Made by a program: the position numbers and the translations under genes. The notes below the pieces were generated by a model, which worked only from the letters and a program-made list of their open reading frames with translations, searched no databases and was not told where the DNA came from. A stretch of DNA of 27,014 nt from Clostridiales bacterium (GTDB lineage Bacteria > Bacillota > Clostridia > Peptostreptococcales > Anaerovoracaceae): NCBI GenBank assembly GCA_009785435.1, contig WQWG01000001.1, positions 1 to 27,014 of the forward strand, in the 5' to 3' direction. Below are positions 5,971 through 14,494 of this stretch, piece after piece; the stretch's first letter is position 1, and every line of letters begins with the position of its first letter.

Positions 5971-8250
5971 CTATAGATTGAACGTCTCCGCTAATTTTTC
6001 CATATTTGCCTTCGTCGTCTGCCATAGAACTGCTTGTGCCTCTTCTAACTCTTTTTTCATGGCATTCGCTCGAGCAGCTTCGGCAAATTCCATCAACTTC
6101 TCTTTGAGCAAAGGCGAAAGGACTTCTTCGCCCCATTCGGGATGTTCAATCTCGTCCAAAAAATATCGTAGCTTGTCATGGCTAATCAATGAAAATGTTG
6201 GTATTTCTAAACCAAACGGAATCATCTGTGCATGACCGCGCCCACCGATAACAGCGCCGAAGCGATTGTACAGCTCGATGACTTTGTCAGGATGTACACC
6301 ATGCAGGTTCACTTGTTCCAATGCCACCCCATACTTTTCAAGCCAAACCGCTGCTTCACGATCCATGTCAAAGTGATTGAGCAATACGACTTTCCACCCC
6401 ATTGCTTCCATTTCCTTGACAGCTTCTGCAATCGCTTTGAATATTGAATCTTCCTTACTTTCATATCTTGAAAGTTGCCTATCAAACGGAATGTTAAGTC
6501 CCAAAATGTTTTTGTCCATACGATCAGAAACTTCATAGGGGTAACACTTGGAAAGCACTGTTGTTGGGCATGGTTGAAAAATAAGCTTATGATGCAAAGC
6601 TGGGTCAATATAACCTTTCAGGCTTTCTAAACTCCCATTGCTCCGAAGCGAAAAAAAGGCAGCTTTATCCACAAGTGTGTTCACATTTTGACGAAATACA
6701 TCGTCAAAATCATCTTGCCCGCGAAAGCGATTGTTTCCAACCGCAAAGACAACAATGGGCACATTAATCTTGCGTAGCAAATCTTCCGGACATGCCCACT
6801 GCCAACCACTCACTTGGTTGGGATTTGTATCTTTCAAAAACAATCCGCCTCCACCGATGATCACACCATCATGTGCATTGATCACATCAATCATCTCTTG
6901 CGTTACGTTTGCCCTGAGATTCATCAGCGTAAAATCGATTGGGCAAAGATGGTCTTGAAGCAAGCTACGGATGACTGGAAACAGCAACGTATCCCCTGCG
7001 TTGGAGTTCTCATGCAAGCCAATATGAACAAGTCGAAGTCTTGCGTTCCCCTCTACTGGCTTCAAAAAAAGCGTTTCTGCACTTCCGAAAGCAGGCGGAT
7101 ACTTCGTTTGCACATTGCAAAAATCGCAATTGATTTCAATCTGGCTTGGATGTTCATCGGAAAGGCCGCGCAATAGTGAAAAGTTGCGTTTCCCGCATTC
7201 TTTACAGGATGCTTCATGCTCCACCCGATTCAGTAGCGCTTGTTCAAGATGTCCATCCACAAAACGTCTGATACTTTCATCCGAAAAGTCTCTTTCGTCT
7301 GCTGGATTTGCACTTTCGTCATCTTCCATGGGCACATCTTGCTCATCGGTATATATGTCTTTGAATATCCCTTTTAAGTTTACGGGATTGATGGATACAA
7401 TCTCCGTCTCCGGATACCACTTTTGAGCAAACGCTTTCACGCGGCGATATCCAATCATTCTATTGTATAAGTATATGCGCGCTTCCTCAATCGAATCTTT
7501 TTGCGCTTCATTTGTAAAGTAGCCATTGTGATTGGTATCGCAACCAACCAAATAAATTCTCTTGGGGTTCGTAAACAAAGCAAAATGCAAAGCCGGAAAT
7601 ACAACCGTAAAAAAATCCATCAAAGGGTGAAAACGGATGTCCGAATATAAATACTTCGAAGATGAAGTACCTCTTGAAACATCCAGAGAAACATCCACAA
7701 AATATCTGGTCGCGTTTGCCCGCACACCAAAACTTTCAGAAGGTTCCATTGCACCTAACGAAGATGCATCAGCCAATAGTCCAAAAAACTTCTTGCACTG
7801 CAATTCTAAAATATCTTTTTCATACGGAACACTTCGAGGCACCTGTTGCCCAAAATCCTGCGTGAAGTAATAATCCAACTTAATTTTCTTGTTTGTGCAT
7901 ACTTTATTTACCCCGATGTGAATGACATTCTCCATTGGCGTATATTGATTCAATGTAGGGCCTGTCGCAACAATTACAATTTCCTTCCCAGTGTGCACAT
8001 TTTTATACTCCGAAAAAGCCGCCGTGTTTACAGCTACAATTTCGTGCTGCAATTGCATCTGCAACTCAAGTCGCTCGAGCTTATACGCAAGATGTTCGTA
8101 TTTTTGTCTCGTCAGTTCGTTGTTCTGTTCGGCAAGCTCATTATTCTGCTTTGCAAGTTCGTTATTTTGCTTTGCAAGTTCGTTGTTTTGCTTCGTAAGC
8201 CCGATCGCTTCTCCAATCATACGCTTATACTGTAAAAGTCTATTCACCAC
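5971..8250 (-). CDS. Multidomain protein: coiled coil, DUF115/Maf-like (CstII-like) putative nonulosonate transferase, CxxC linker, polysaccharide pyruvyltransferase domain (about 759 aa)
   Basis: N-terminal half: IVIVATGPTL, HIGVN, DYYFTQD and KRIYLVGCD. Linker: CKEC and CDFC. C-terminal half: NSNAGD, IIGGGGLF, FAVG, SLRS and GGRGHAQM. GTG start at 8250 behind AGGAG; the ORF track start is 8274. Confidence 0.75.
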   Translation of the reverse strand: MVNRLLQYKRMIGEAIGLTKQNNELAKQNNELAKQNNELAEQNNELTRQKYEHLAYKLERLELQMQLQHEIVAVNTAAFSEYKNVHTGKEIVIVATGPTLNQYTPMENVIHIGVNKVCTNKKIKLDYYFTQDFGQQVPRSVPYEKDILELQCKKFFGLLADASSLGAMEPSESFGVRANATRYFVDVSLDVSRGTSSSKYLYSDIRFHPLMDFFTVVFPALHFALFTNPKRIYLVGCDTNHNGYFTNEAQKDSIEEARIYLYNRMIGYRRVKAFAQKWYPETEIVSINPVNLKGIFKDIYTDEQDVPMEDDESANPADERDFSDESIRRFVDGHLEQALLNRVEHEASCKECGKRNFSLLRGLSDEHPSQIEINCDFCNVQTKYPPAFGSAETLFLKPVEGNARLRLVHIGLHENSNAGDTLLFPVIRSLLQDHLCPIDFTLMNLRANVTQEMIDVINAHDGVIIGGGGLFLKDTNPNQVSGWQWACPEDLLRKINVPIVVFAVGNNRFRGQDDFDDVFRQNVNTLVDKAAFFSLRSNGSLESLKGYIDPALHHKLIFQPCPTTVLSKCYPYEVSDRMDKNILGLNIPFDRQLSRYESKEDSIFKAIAEAVKEMEAMGWKVVLLNHFDMDREAAVWLEKYGVALEQVNLHGVHPDKVIELYNRFGAVIGGRGHAQMIPFGLEIPTFSLISHDKLRYFLDEIEHPEWGEEVLSPLLKEKLMEFAEAARANAMKKELEEAQAVLWQTTKANMEKLAETFNL
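8107..8190 (-). repeat. Four in-frame 21-bp tandem repeats encoding QNNELAK-QNNELAK-QNNELAE-QNNELTR
   Basis: Plus-strand units: tctcgtcagttcgttgttctg, ttcggcaagctcattattctg, ctttgcaagttcgttattttg, ctttgcaagttcgttgttttg. The last two differ by 1 nt. Confidence 0.95.
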
Positions 8251-8369
8251 GTTCTTCTCTCCTGCATAACTCATTTTCGTCGTATGCCATCACGTTATTA
8301 TAATCCTTTTTTATTTGTGCGTTCTTTTTCGTTTCCGTGTCTTAAGTACATCAATGCACCTCTGCTATA

Positions 8370-8382
8370 GTTAAACTTTAAC
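8370..8382. promoter_or_regulatory. 13-bp palindrome in the divergent intergenic region; possible operator overlapping a leftward extended -10
   Basis: GTTAAA-C-TTTAAC. The minus strand reads TGtTAAAGT here, but I found no convincing -35. Confidence 0.3.
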
Positions 8383-8593
8383 ACATTATTGCCCAAGATG
8401 AAACCAAAATATTGCATTTGTAAATAGAATGCTTTAAAACTTCATAATCGCTCCCCCAAATCCATGCACGGAAATCAATTTTTAAAACCAACGCTTTCAA
8501 GGACAGGAATCAAATCATTGCAGTCAAGCAGACAGTCGAACATAATTTTTGACAAAGGCTGCTTTGATTTCCGTAAACCACGGAGACACTCTG

Positions 8594-8622
8594 TTTACAT
8601 GGCATCAAAAGCATGATATGAT
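8594..8622 (+). promoter_or_regulatory. SigmaA-type promoter for gmd-manC
   Basis: -35 TTTACA (8594-8599), 17-nt spacer, extended -10 TGa-TATGAT (8614-8622). SD AGGAG at 8642-8646. Confidence 0.75.
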
Positions 8623-8654
8623 AAGGATTATTATAAAAAACAGGAGATGCGATT

Positions 8655-9665
8655 GTGAAAAAAGCGTTAATTACCGGTATAACCGGACAAGATGGTTCTT
8701 ACCTTGCTGAGCTATTGCTTACAAAAGGTTACGAAGTGTATGGCCTCATGCGTAGAAAAAGCGGACTTGATTATGGCAACGTCTCTCACATCAAAGAGCA
8801 TATTCATTTTATAGACGGTGATATGACGGATCATGTCTCACTCATTGCTGCAATGAAGCAATCGATGCCTGATGACGTATACAATTTGGCCGCCCAATCT
8901 TTTGTTGCCACTTCATGGACTCAGCCATTGTTAACTGCGCAAGTAGGGGCTCTGGGCGTCGCTAATCTGTTAGAAGCGATACGCCAAGTGAAATCCGACG
9001 CAAAGTTCTACCAAGCCTCAACAAGTGAGATGTTCGGATTGGTGCAAGAAACACCGCAAAGCGAAAGTACGCCGTTTTATCCGCGCAGCCCGTATGGTGT
9101 TGCCAAATTATATGGACACTGGATTACCAAAAATTATCGTGAAAGTTACGAGATGTTTGCTTGTTCAGGTATTTTGTTCAACCACGAGTCGGAACGTCGC
9201 GGACTTGAATTCGTCACGCGTAAAATCACAGCCGCTGTTGCGGCCATCGTCCACGGCAAACAAGATGTGCTTGAGCTTGGTAATTTGAGCGCAAAAAGGG
9301 ACTGGGGCCATGCCGAAGATTATGTTCACGCCATGTATCTCATGTTGCAGCAGAAAACGCCCGACGATTATGTGATCTCAACTGGAGAAACACACACTGT
9401 TCGTGAGTTTGCCAGCAAAGCTTTTGAGTTTGCGGGAATGCCGCTTCAGTTTCAAGGCGAGGGCGTTGATGAAGTTGGCATTGAGGAAAGCACCGGCAAA
9501 GTGCGACTGCGCGTCAATCCGCAATTTTTCCGCCCGGCTGAAGTTGAACTTTTACTTGGAAGCCCACGAAAAGCCGAACGTGAATTGGGTTGGGTGCGGC
9601 ATGTATCCTTTGATGATTTAATACACCGAATGGTTAAAAACGATTTGGCAATCGCCTCGAAATAA
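8655..9665 (+). CDS. gmd: GDP-mannose 4,6-dehydratase (336 aa)
   Basis: ALITGITGQDGSYLAE, NLAAQSFV, YQASTSEMFG, PRSPYGVAK, LFNHES and RDWGHA. Confidence 0.97.
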   Translation: MKKALITGITGQDGSYLAELLLTKGYEVYGLMRRKSGLDYGNVSHIKEHIHFIDGDMTDHVSLIAAMKQSMPDDVYNLAAQSFVATSWTQPLLTAQVGALGVANLLEAIRQVKSDAKFYQASTSEMFGLVQETPQSESTPFYPRSPYGVAKLYGHWITKNYRESYEMFACSGILFNHESERRGLEFVTRKITAAVAAIVHGKQDVLELGNLSAKRDWGHAEDYVHAMYLMLQQKTPDDYVISTGETHTVREFASKAFEFAGMPLQFQGEGVDEVGIEESTGKVRLRVNPQFFRPAEVELLLGSPRKAERELGWVRHVSFDDLIHRMVKNDLAIASK

Positions 9666-9689
9666 TTGATCGCACGGGAGATTCATGAT

Positions 9690-11063
9690 ATGAAGTTAAT
9701 CGTTATGGCGGGCGGCTCTGGCACAAGGTTGTGGCCGCTCAGCCGAACACATTATCCAAAACAGTTTTTAAAGCTATCCGGCATGGAGAAGTCTATTTTC
9801 CAGTTGACCATTGAACGCTGTCTTCTGCTTGGACGCATTGAAGATATTTACTTGGTCACCAGCAAAGATTATATCCACTTGGTTCAGGGTCAAATCAAAG
9901 AGCTAGGCAAAACACTTCTCTCCGGCAATATCTTGCTTGAACCGGAACCCAAGAATACATTGCCTGCCATTTTGTATGCCGTACAAGCAATTCGAAAATC
10001 AGGCGATGACATTTGTGCTGTTTTTGCTTCGGATCATATCATTGACCAGCCTCAGATTTTGGCCGATACCATTCTACAGGCGGCACCCCTTGCGTCCAAG
10101 GGGTTTGTTACGTTTGGAATCACGCCAGCCGGACCTGAAACTGGCTACGGATATATCAAGCCCGGCAAGGCGGTTTCAGGCGGTTTCGAAGTTTCGGCAT
10201 TCAAAGAAAAACCCGACCTAGATACGGCGTGCGCATACATTCAAGACGGTTACGTCTGGAACAGCGGTATCTTCATGTTTGAATCGGAACAGTTTGAAAA
10301 AGCAGTTGCGCAGTATAATCCGGCAGTCTATGCCGCATTTCAATTGCCAAGCGTCCAGGAACGTTTTCATCATACCCCATCGATCTCCGTTGATTATGGA
10401 TTGATTGAAAAGATGGATCTGGTTTATTGCGCGCCTTTGAAAATGGATTGGAACGACCTTGGCAATTTCACCACGTTTTATGATAAATATGAAACCAAAC
10501 AAGATCACCAAGGCAATGTTTACTTTAACGATGAAATCATGATTGACTGCAACAATAACATGGTTTATTCTGAGGGCAACAAAGCCATTGCTATGATTGG
10601 TGTATCAAACGTTATCGTCGTTGACCAAAAAGACGCGTTGTTGATATGTCACCGCGATCAAACCCAAAGAGTCAAGGAAGTCGTGAGTCTATTGCATGAA
10701 CGACAAGATGCCCGTGCAGACTTCCATCTGACGGAATATCGTCCATGGGGCTCTTTTACAGTTTTAGAAAACAGCGATTTTTACAAGGTCAAGCGCCTGT
10801 CCGTTTTGCCTGATAAGCGCCTGAGTTATCAAATGCACTACCATAGAAGCGAACACTGGGTGATCGTTTCCGGCACAGCCGTCGTTACAATTGAAGATAC
10901 CGAAAAACGGCTGAACAGCGGCGAGAGCATTTATATTCCAGCCGGACAGAAACACAGGTTATTTAATCCCGGAAAATTGCCTTTAGAAGTTATTGAAGTT
11001 CAAAATGGGGAGTATCTGGGTGAAGATGATATTGTACGATTTGAAGATGATTATCGTAGATAA
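9690..11063 (+). CDS. manC: Bifunctional mannose-1-phosphate guanylyltransferase / mannose-6-phosphate isomerase (about 457 aa)
   Basis: MAGGSGTRLWPLSR, PKQFL, ETGYGYI, FKEKPD and WNSGIF, plus a C-terminal cupin (RPWG, LSYQMHYHRSEHW). ATG at 9690 behind GGGAG. Confidence 0.96.
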   Translation: MKLIVMAGGSGTRLWPLSRTHYPKQFLKLSGMEKSIFQLTIERCLLLGRIEDIYLVTSKDYIHLVQGQIKELGKTLLSGNILLEPEPKNTLPAILYAVQAIRKSGDDICAVFASDHIIDQPQILADTILQAAPLASKGFVTFGITPAGPETGYGYIKPGKAVSGGFEVSAFKEKPDLDTACAYIQDGYVWNSGIFMFESEQFEKAVAQYNPAVYAAFQLPSVQERFHHTPSISVDYGLIEKMDLVYCAPLKMDWNDLGNFTTFYDKYETKQDHQGNVYFNDEIMIDCNNNMVYSEGNKAIAMIGVSNVIVVDQKDALLICHRDQTQRVKEVVSLLHERQDARADFHLTEYRPWGSFTVLENSDFYKVKRLSVLPDKRLSYQMHYHRSEHWVIVSGTAVVTIEDTEKRLNSGESIYIPAGQKHRLFNPGKLPLEVIEVQNGEYLGEDDIVRFEDDYRR

Positions 11064-11072
11064 TCATCTTCA

Positions 11073-13028
11073 TTATTTCAATTTTTGATATACCGCCTTT
11101 AAAATTTTATATAATCTGGGAAGCCTGATGCGAAGGCTGTTCTTTATCAACTCACGAAATCCATGCGCGACCATTCTTTCTATTATCTGTTGTTCTGGCT
11201 GCATGGATTCCAGAAAATTAAATAATCTCCAACGCTCATTTAACTTAACGATATCGACATCCTTATTCAGCAACTCATAAAAAAAATGGTCCAACTCTGC
11301 CGCGCAATCTTCCCAACTCCATAATGTTTGGACTTGATCAATGCTGTTTTTCAAAGCATTTTCAATGATCATCGGAAGCTCGTCGAATTCCCGGTAAAAG
11401 GAACAGCATTCTTCCCTTTCGTTAAGAGCTTCCGTTATTTCACGATTCATACCATTATCGTGCAATACTACAGGTTTTTTTTCCTGGATCGCTGAGACAA
11501 TAGGCAGTCCAAACCCCTCATAGCAACTTGGAAATACGAGCATATCGCACTTTTTAAAGAAATACGCCATGTTCTCATTGCTCAACCATCCGCTGTCATA
11601 TCCGAATATATTAGGATGTATGAACTCTCCGTTACCCAGTCCCACAACAATGAAATTATATTCGCTTTTAGATAATGATTCTACTGTTTCGCTAAGTAGT
11701 TTATGTTTATAGCTGTTTCCCATAACCAATATGAACCTGTCAAATGGCATGTCAGCAGGTTTCGCGATATCCGGAAGTGACCGCACCCCTGGCCAAATCG
11801 CCTTCATTGGGATGCCTGAAAGATCTTTGTCATCTAAAAAATACTTCATCGCATCTTGCCTTGTATATTCACTAATACACAATATACCGTCGCAGAGCTT
11901 AAAGGATAATCGCAAATTCATTTCAAAATCTGTATGCACAGCATTCAGATAATTGCAACGTAGCGCAATAACATCCAACATGCAATAGACAACGCGTAAA
12001 GCATGTTTATTTAAAAACAGTTGACCATTTAAACGATAAAGATTATATGGCACAATCGCAAGATCAAAAATTTGGCTAGAAGTTTTTCCAATTACTTTAA
12101 CACCCTGCTCTGAAATGCGATGAAACGCGTCCGCTTCTTCGCTTACCAAAACTGTTATATCATATTTGTCTCCATAAAGTTTCAAAAATGTCCAAAGTAT
12201 TGAAAGACTATATTCTGATGTTCCATTATAAAATGGCGGAAGAACATCCAAATCAAACAAAATTTTGGGAGTGGTGTTTATTCCACACAAACTTTCTGAA
12301 AAATAATCAACTGCGGGGATTCCGCTGAATAAATAGCGTTCGTGCAAATATGGTATATATGAAAATTGACCCGTTATATTATCCTGCTCCAATTGGTCGT
12401 AGGGAATATTCCATCCGCATATGCGCAGAAAGGCACGATTGCATGAAATTGCAGAATATCCGCAATCACATGCATAAAGACAGAAATTTTGAAGCACATA
12501 ATATAATGACGAAGATGTTGATTGTGAAGCAATTCTTGGCCATAATAAATCAAAGACGTCTCGCTTTATCATTACACATGAGGTATCATTGTATGGCACG
12601 AGATGATAAAATGGCATTAATTCAGAAAACTTTTTATAATATTCATTCGAAACACTTTCTCCATTGCGAGAAACTGAAAGAAAAGATGAACCATCATGCC
12701 GAGGCAACGCCACACCATGTCGTTCGGCAGCATGGAGAGCTTGAGATAAATTCATTATGGAATTATCATCAATCAACATACCGTCTTCAACAAATAATAT
12801 TTCAGACTTAGCTGTTCTTTGTTGGCACAAACGAAGAATCTGTTGAGCAAGATGCTTTTCAGCAGATTCGTATGTGATTTTTGACTCAGAAACAAGATAT
12901 TGCGCAATCTCTTCACGTGGGTTCACATGCGAAATAAAGAAAAGATGTTCAATCGACTCGTGCTGCAGCCAGTTTTTGAGTGTAATTGAATCAATCGCTG
13001 TATTTGCAATATAAAATAGGGTGACCAT
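11073..13028 (-). CDS. Two-domain glycosyltransferase: degenerate GT2-like N-terminus and GT4 (MtfB/WbdA-like) C-terminus (about 651 aa)
   Basis: ILFDL..LPPFYNGTSEY and LVFPSCYEGFGLP mark the GT4 half. The N-terminus has a GT-A-like pattern (ILFVED, SCVMIKRDVF). ATG at 13028 behind GAGGT. Confidence 0.75.
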   Translation of the reverse strand: MVTLFYIANTAIDSITLKNWLQHESIEHLFFISHVNPREEIAQYLVSESKITYESAEKHLAQQILRLCQQRTAKSEILFVEDGMLIDDNSIMNLSQALHAAERHGVALPRHDGSSFLSVSRNGESVSNEYYKKFSELMPFYHLVPYNDTSCVMIKRDVFDLLWPRIASQSTSSSLYYVLQNFCLYACDCGYSAISCNRAFLRICGWNIPYDQLEQDNITGQFSYIPYLHERYLFSGIPAVDYFSESLCGINTTPKILFDLDVLPPFYNGTSEYSLSILWTFLKLYGDKYDITVLVSEEADAFHRISEQGVKVIGKTSSQIFDLAIVPYNLYRLNGQLFLNKHALRVVYCMLDVIALRCNYLNAVHTDFEMNLRLSFKLCDGILCISEYTRQDAMKYFLDDKDLSGIPMKAIWPGVRSLPDIAKPADMPFDRFILVMGNSYKHKLLSETVESLSKSEYNFIVVGLGNGEFIHPNIFGYDSGWLSNENMAYFFKKCDMLVFPSCYEGFGLPIVSAIQEKKPVVLHDNGMNREITEALNEREECCSFYREFDELPMIIENALKNSIDQVQTLWSWEDCAAELDHFFYELLNKDVDIVKLNERWRLFNFLESMQPEQQIIERMVAHGFRELIKNSLRIRLPRLYKILKAVYQKLK

Positions 13029-13084
13029 AAATACCTCACTTCCGTTTTGAATTATCACTAAAAAGCTCTGCCTCTGCAAAGCTG

Positions 13085-14449
13085 CTATTCGCGCAACTCA
13101 CAAATTGCGTCCGCCGTGGCTTGAAGGTTCGCATAACCATATTTACGGTCAGGCTCCAAATGCGCTCCTTCCGCCCATTCGTTCCACGCATTAATAAAGA
13201 TAAATCGATCTCCGGATTCACGGTTTTCTTTGGTATAATTTATAATGTCCAACAACCATTTTTTATACAACTGCGGATTCATCTGAAAGACAATGCCGTT
13301 TGTTCCTTTCCGCGGAGTATTATCCCAGTTTGGGAATATGCTTTTATAGATTTTTTCCGGCTGGATGGAGTAATGCCGTTTTTGTTCTATATATTCCTCC
13401 ATGTCATATATACTCAAACCATGCTTATCTGTTATCGGAGTCATTTTTTGAGTAATATTGGACGCAGCCAACCAATAATAATGCGGTGGAAATTCTACCG
13501 CTTCGTCAAAATCGTAAACCAAAGGATCCTTCGTGGGGTTTGTTTGAGCGCCGGCCAAGCAGATGTCTCCAATCCCATTTTCTTTACAATAGTCTCTCCA
13601 AATTTTTATTGTCTTATTGGCATCGGGAAGCAAGGAAGCATTGTATATAATAATCAGTGGCTTCCCTTTAATGCGGATATAACGTTCGTCACGGACATAT
13701 TGACATATATCCGCAATACAAGCCAAATCATCTTCATCTGAGTGTTTTTGAGCCATCAATATTTCCTGATCGGAACCATCCCAACGCCTACTCCAGTTTT
13801 CATTCGCCCAACTAATGCAGAAAGGGAAATCGAGTCCCTCTTTTGTTTTCAAAAAATTATTTAACGGTTTCTCTAAAAGCCTTTTCCCACTAAACCAATA
13901 ATAGTGAAAGCAGAATCCATAAATTCCGTAGTTTTTAGCAAGAGAGACCTGTCCTTTCAGAATCTCAACGTTGTTCAAGTCGTAAAAGGTACTGTCATAT
14001 GGTAAATGCGGTTGATAATGGCCTAAAAACCGAGGCATGGACTTCGTCACATTTGTCCATTCCGTGAAACCTTTGCCCCACCACTCATCGTTTTCGGGAA
14101 AGGTGTAAAACTGCGGAAGATAAAACGCGATTGGCTTTACATCTTTGTCTGTAAATGCAATATGGTTTTCTTTATATTCAACAAATTCATCGCATCGTTT
14201 GCCCGTCTGAAGAATATCATCCACATATTGTGTGTAAATGTTGATTATTTCATCTTTGATGTCAAGGTTTTCCGCATCAAATGAATATTGACTTCCCACA
14301 ATTGTACCATTGTAGCCCAATGAGTTTTGAAATTTTGATAATCCACGAATAACGAAACCTTTGATTTTTATTCTTGTGGACGTTGAAAGGGGTAATACTC
14401 TATAAATGCCACGTAGACATTTATAACATATTTTTATGAATTTCTTCAT
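13085..14449 (-). CDS. WbsX-like glycosyltransferase (GH99-like domain, 454 aa)
   Basis: KPIAFYLPQF..FPENDEWWGKGFTEWTNV, GFCFHYYWF, WANENW, FPNWDNTPR and FINAWNEWAEGAHLEPD. Confidence 0.9.
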   Translation of the reverse strand: MKKFIKICYKCLRGIYRVLPLSTSTRIKIKGFVIRGLSKFQNSLGYNGTIVGSQYSFDAENLDIKDEIINIYTQYVDDILQTGKRCDEFVEYKENHIAFTDKDVKPIAFYLPQFYTFPENDEWWGKGFTEWTNVTKSMPRFLGHYQPHLPYDSTFYDLNNVEILKGQVSLAKNYGIYGFCFHYYWFSGKRLLEKPLNNFLKTKEGLDFPFCISWANENWSRRWDGSDQEILMAQKHSDEDDLACIADICQYVRDERYIRIKGKPLIIIYNASLLPDANKTIKIWRDYCKENGIGDICLAGAQTNPTKDPLVYDFDEAVEFPPHYYWLAASNITQKMTPITDKHGLSIYDMEEYIEQKRHYSIQPEKIYKSIFPNWDNTPRKGTNGIVFQMNPQLYKKWLLDIINYTKENRESGDRFIFINAWNEWAEGAHLEPDRKYGYANLQATADAICELRE

Positions 14450-14494
14450 ATAAATTATTCTCCTGTTTCATTTTTTCTAATTGTTTTATACGAA

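Noticed and set aside
8107-8190. 21-bp repeats as a CRISPR array
   Set aside because: There are no spacers, the repeats are in frame within a CDS, and no cas genes are present.
8275-11075. gmd-manC as a recombinase-invertible segment
   Set aside because: I found no flanking inverted repeats and there is no recombinase gene in the window.
13121-13741. 206-aa + strand ORF
   Set aside because: It is antisense to the well-supported WbsX-like gene and has no motifs.
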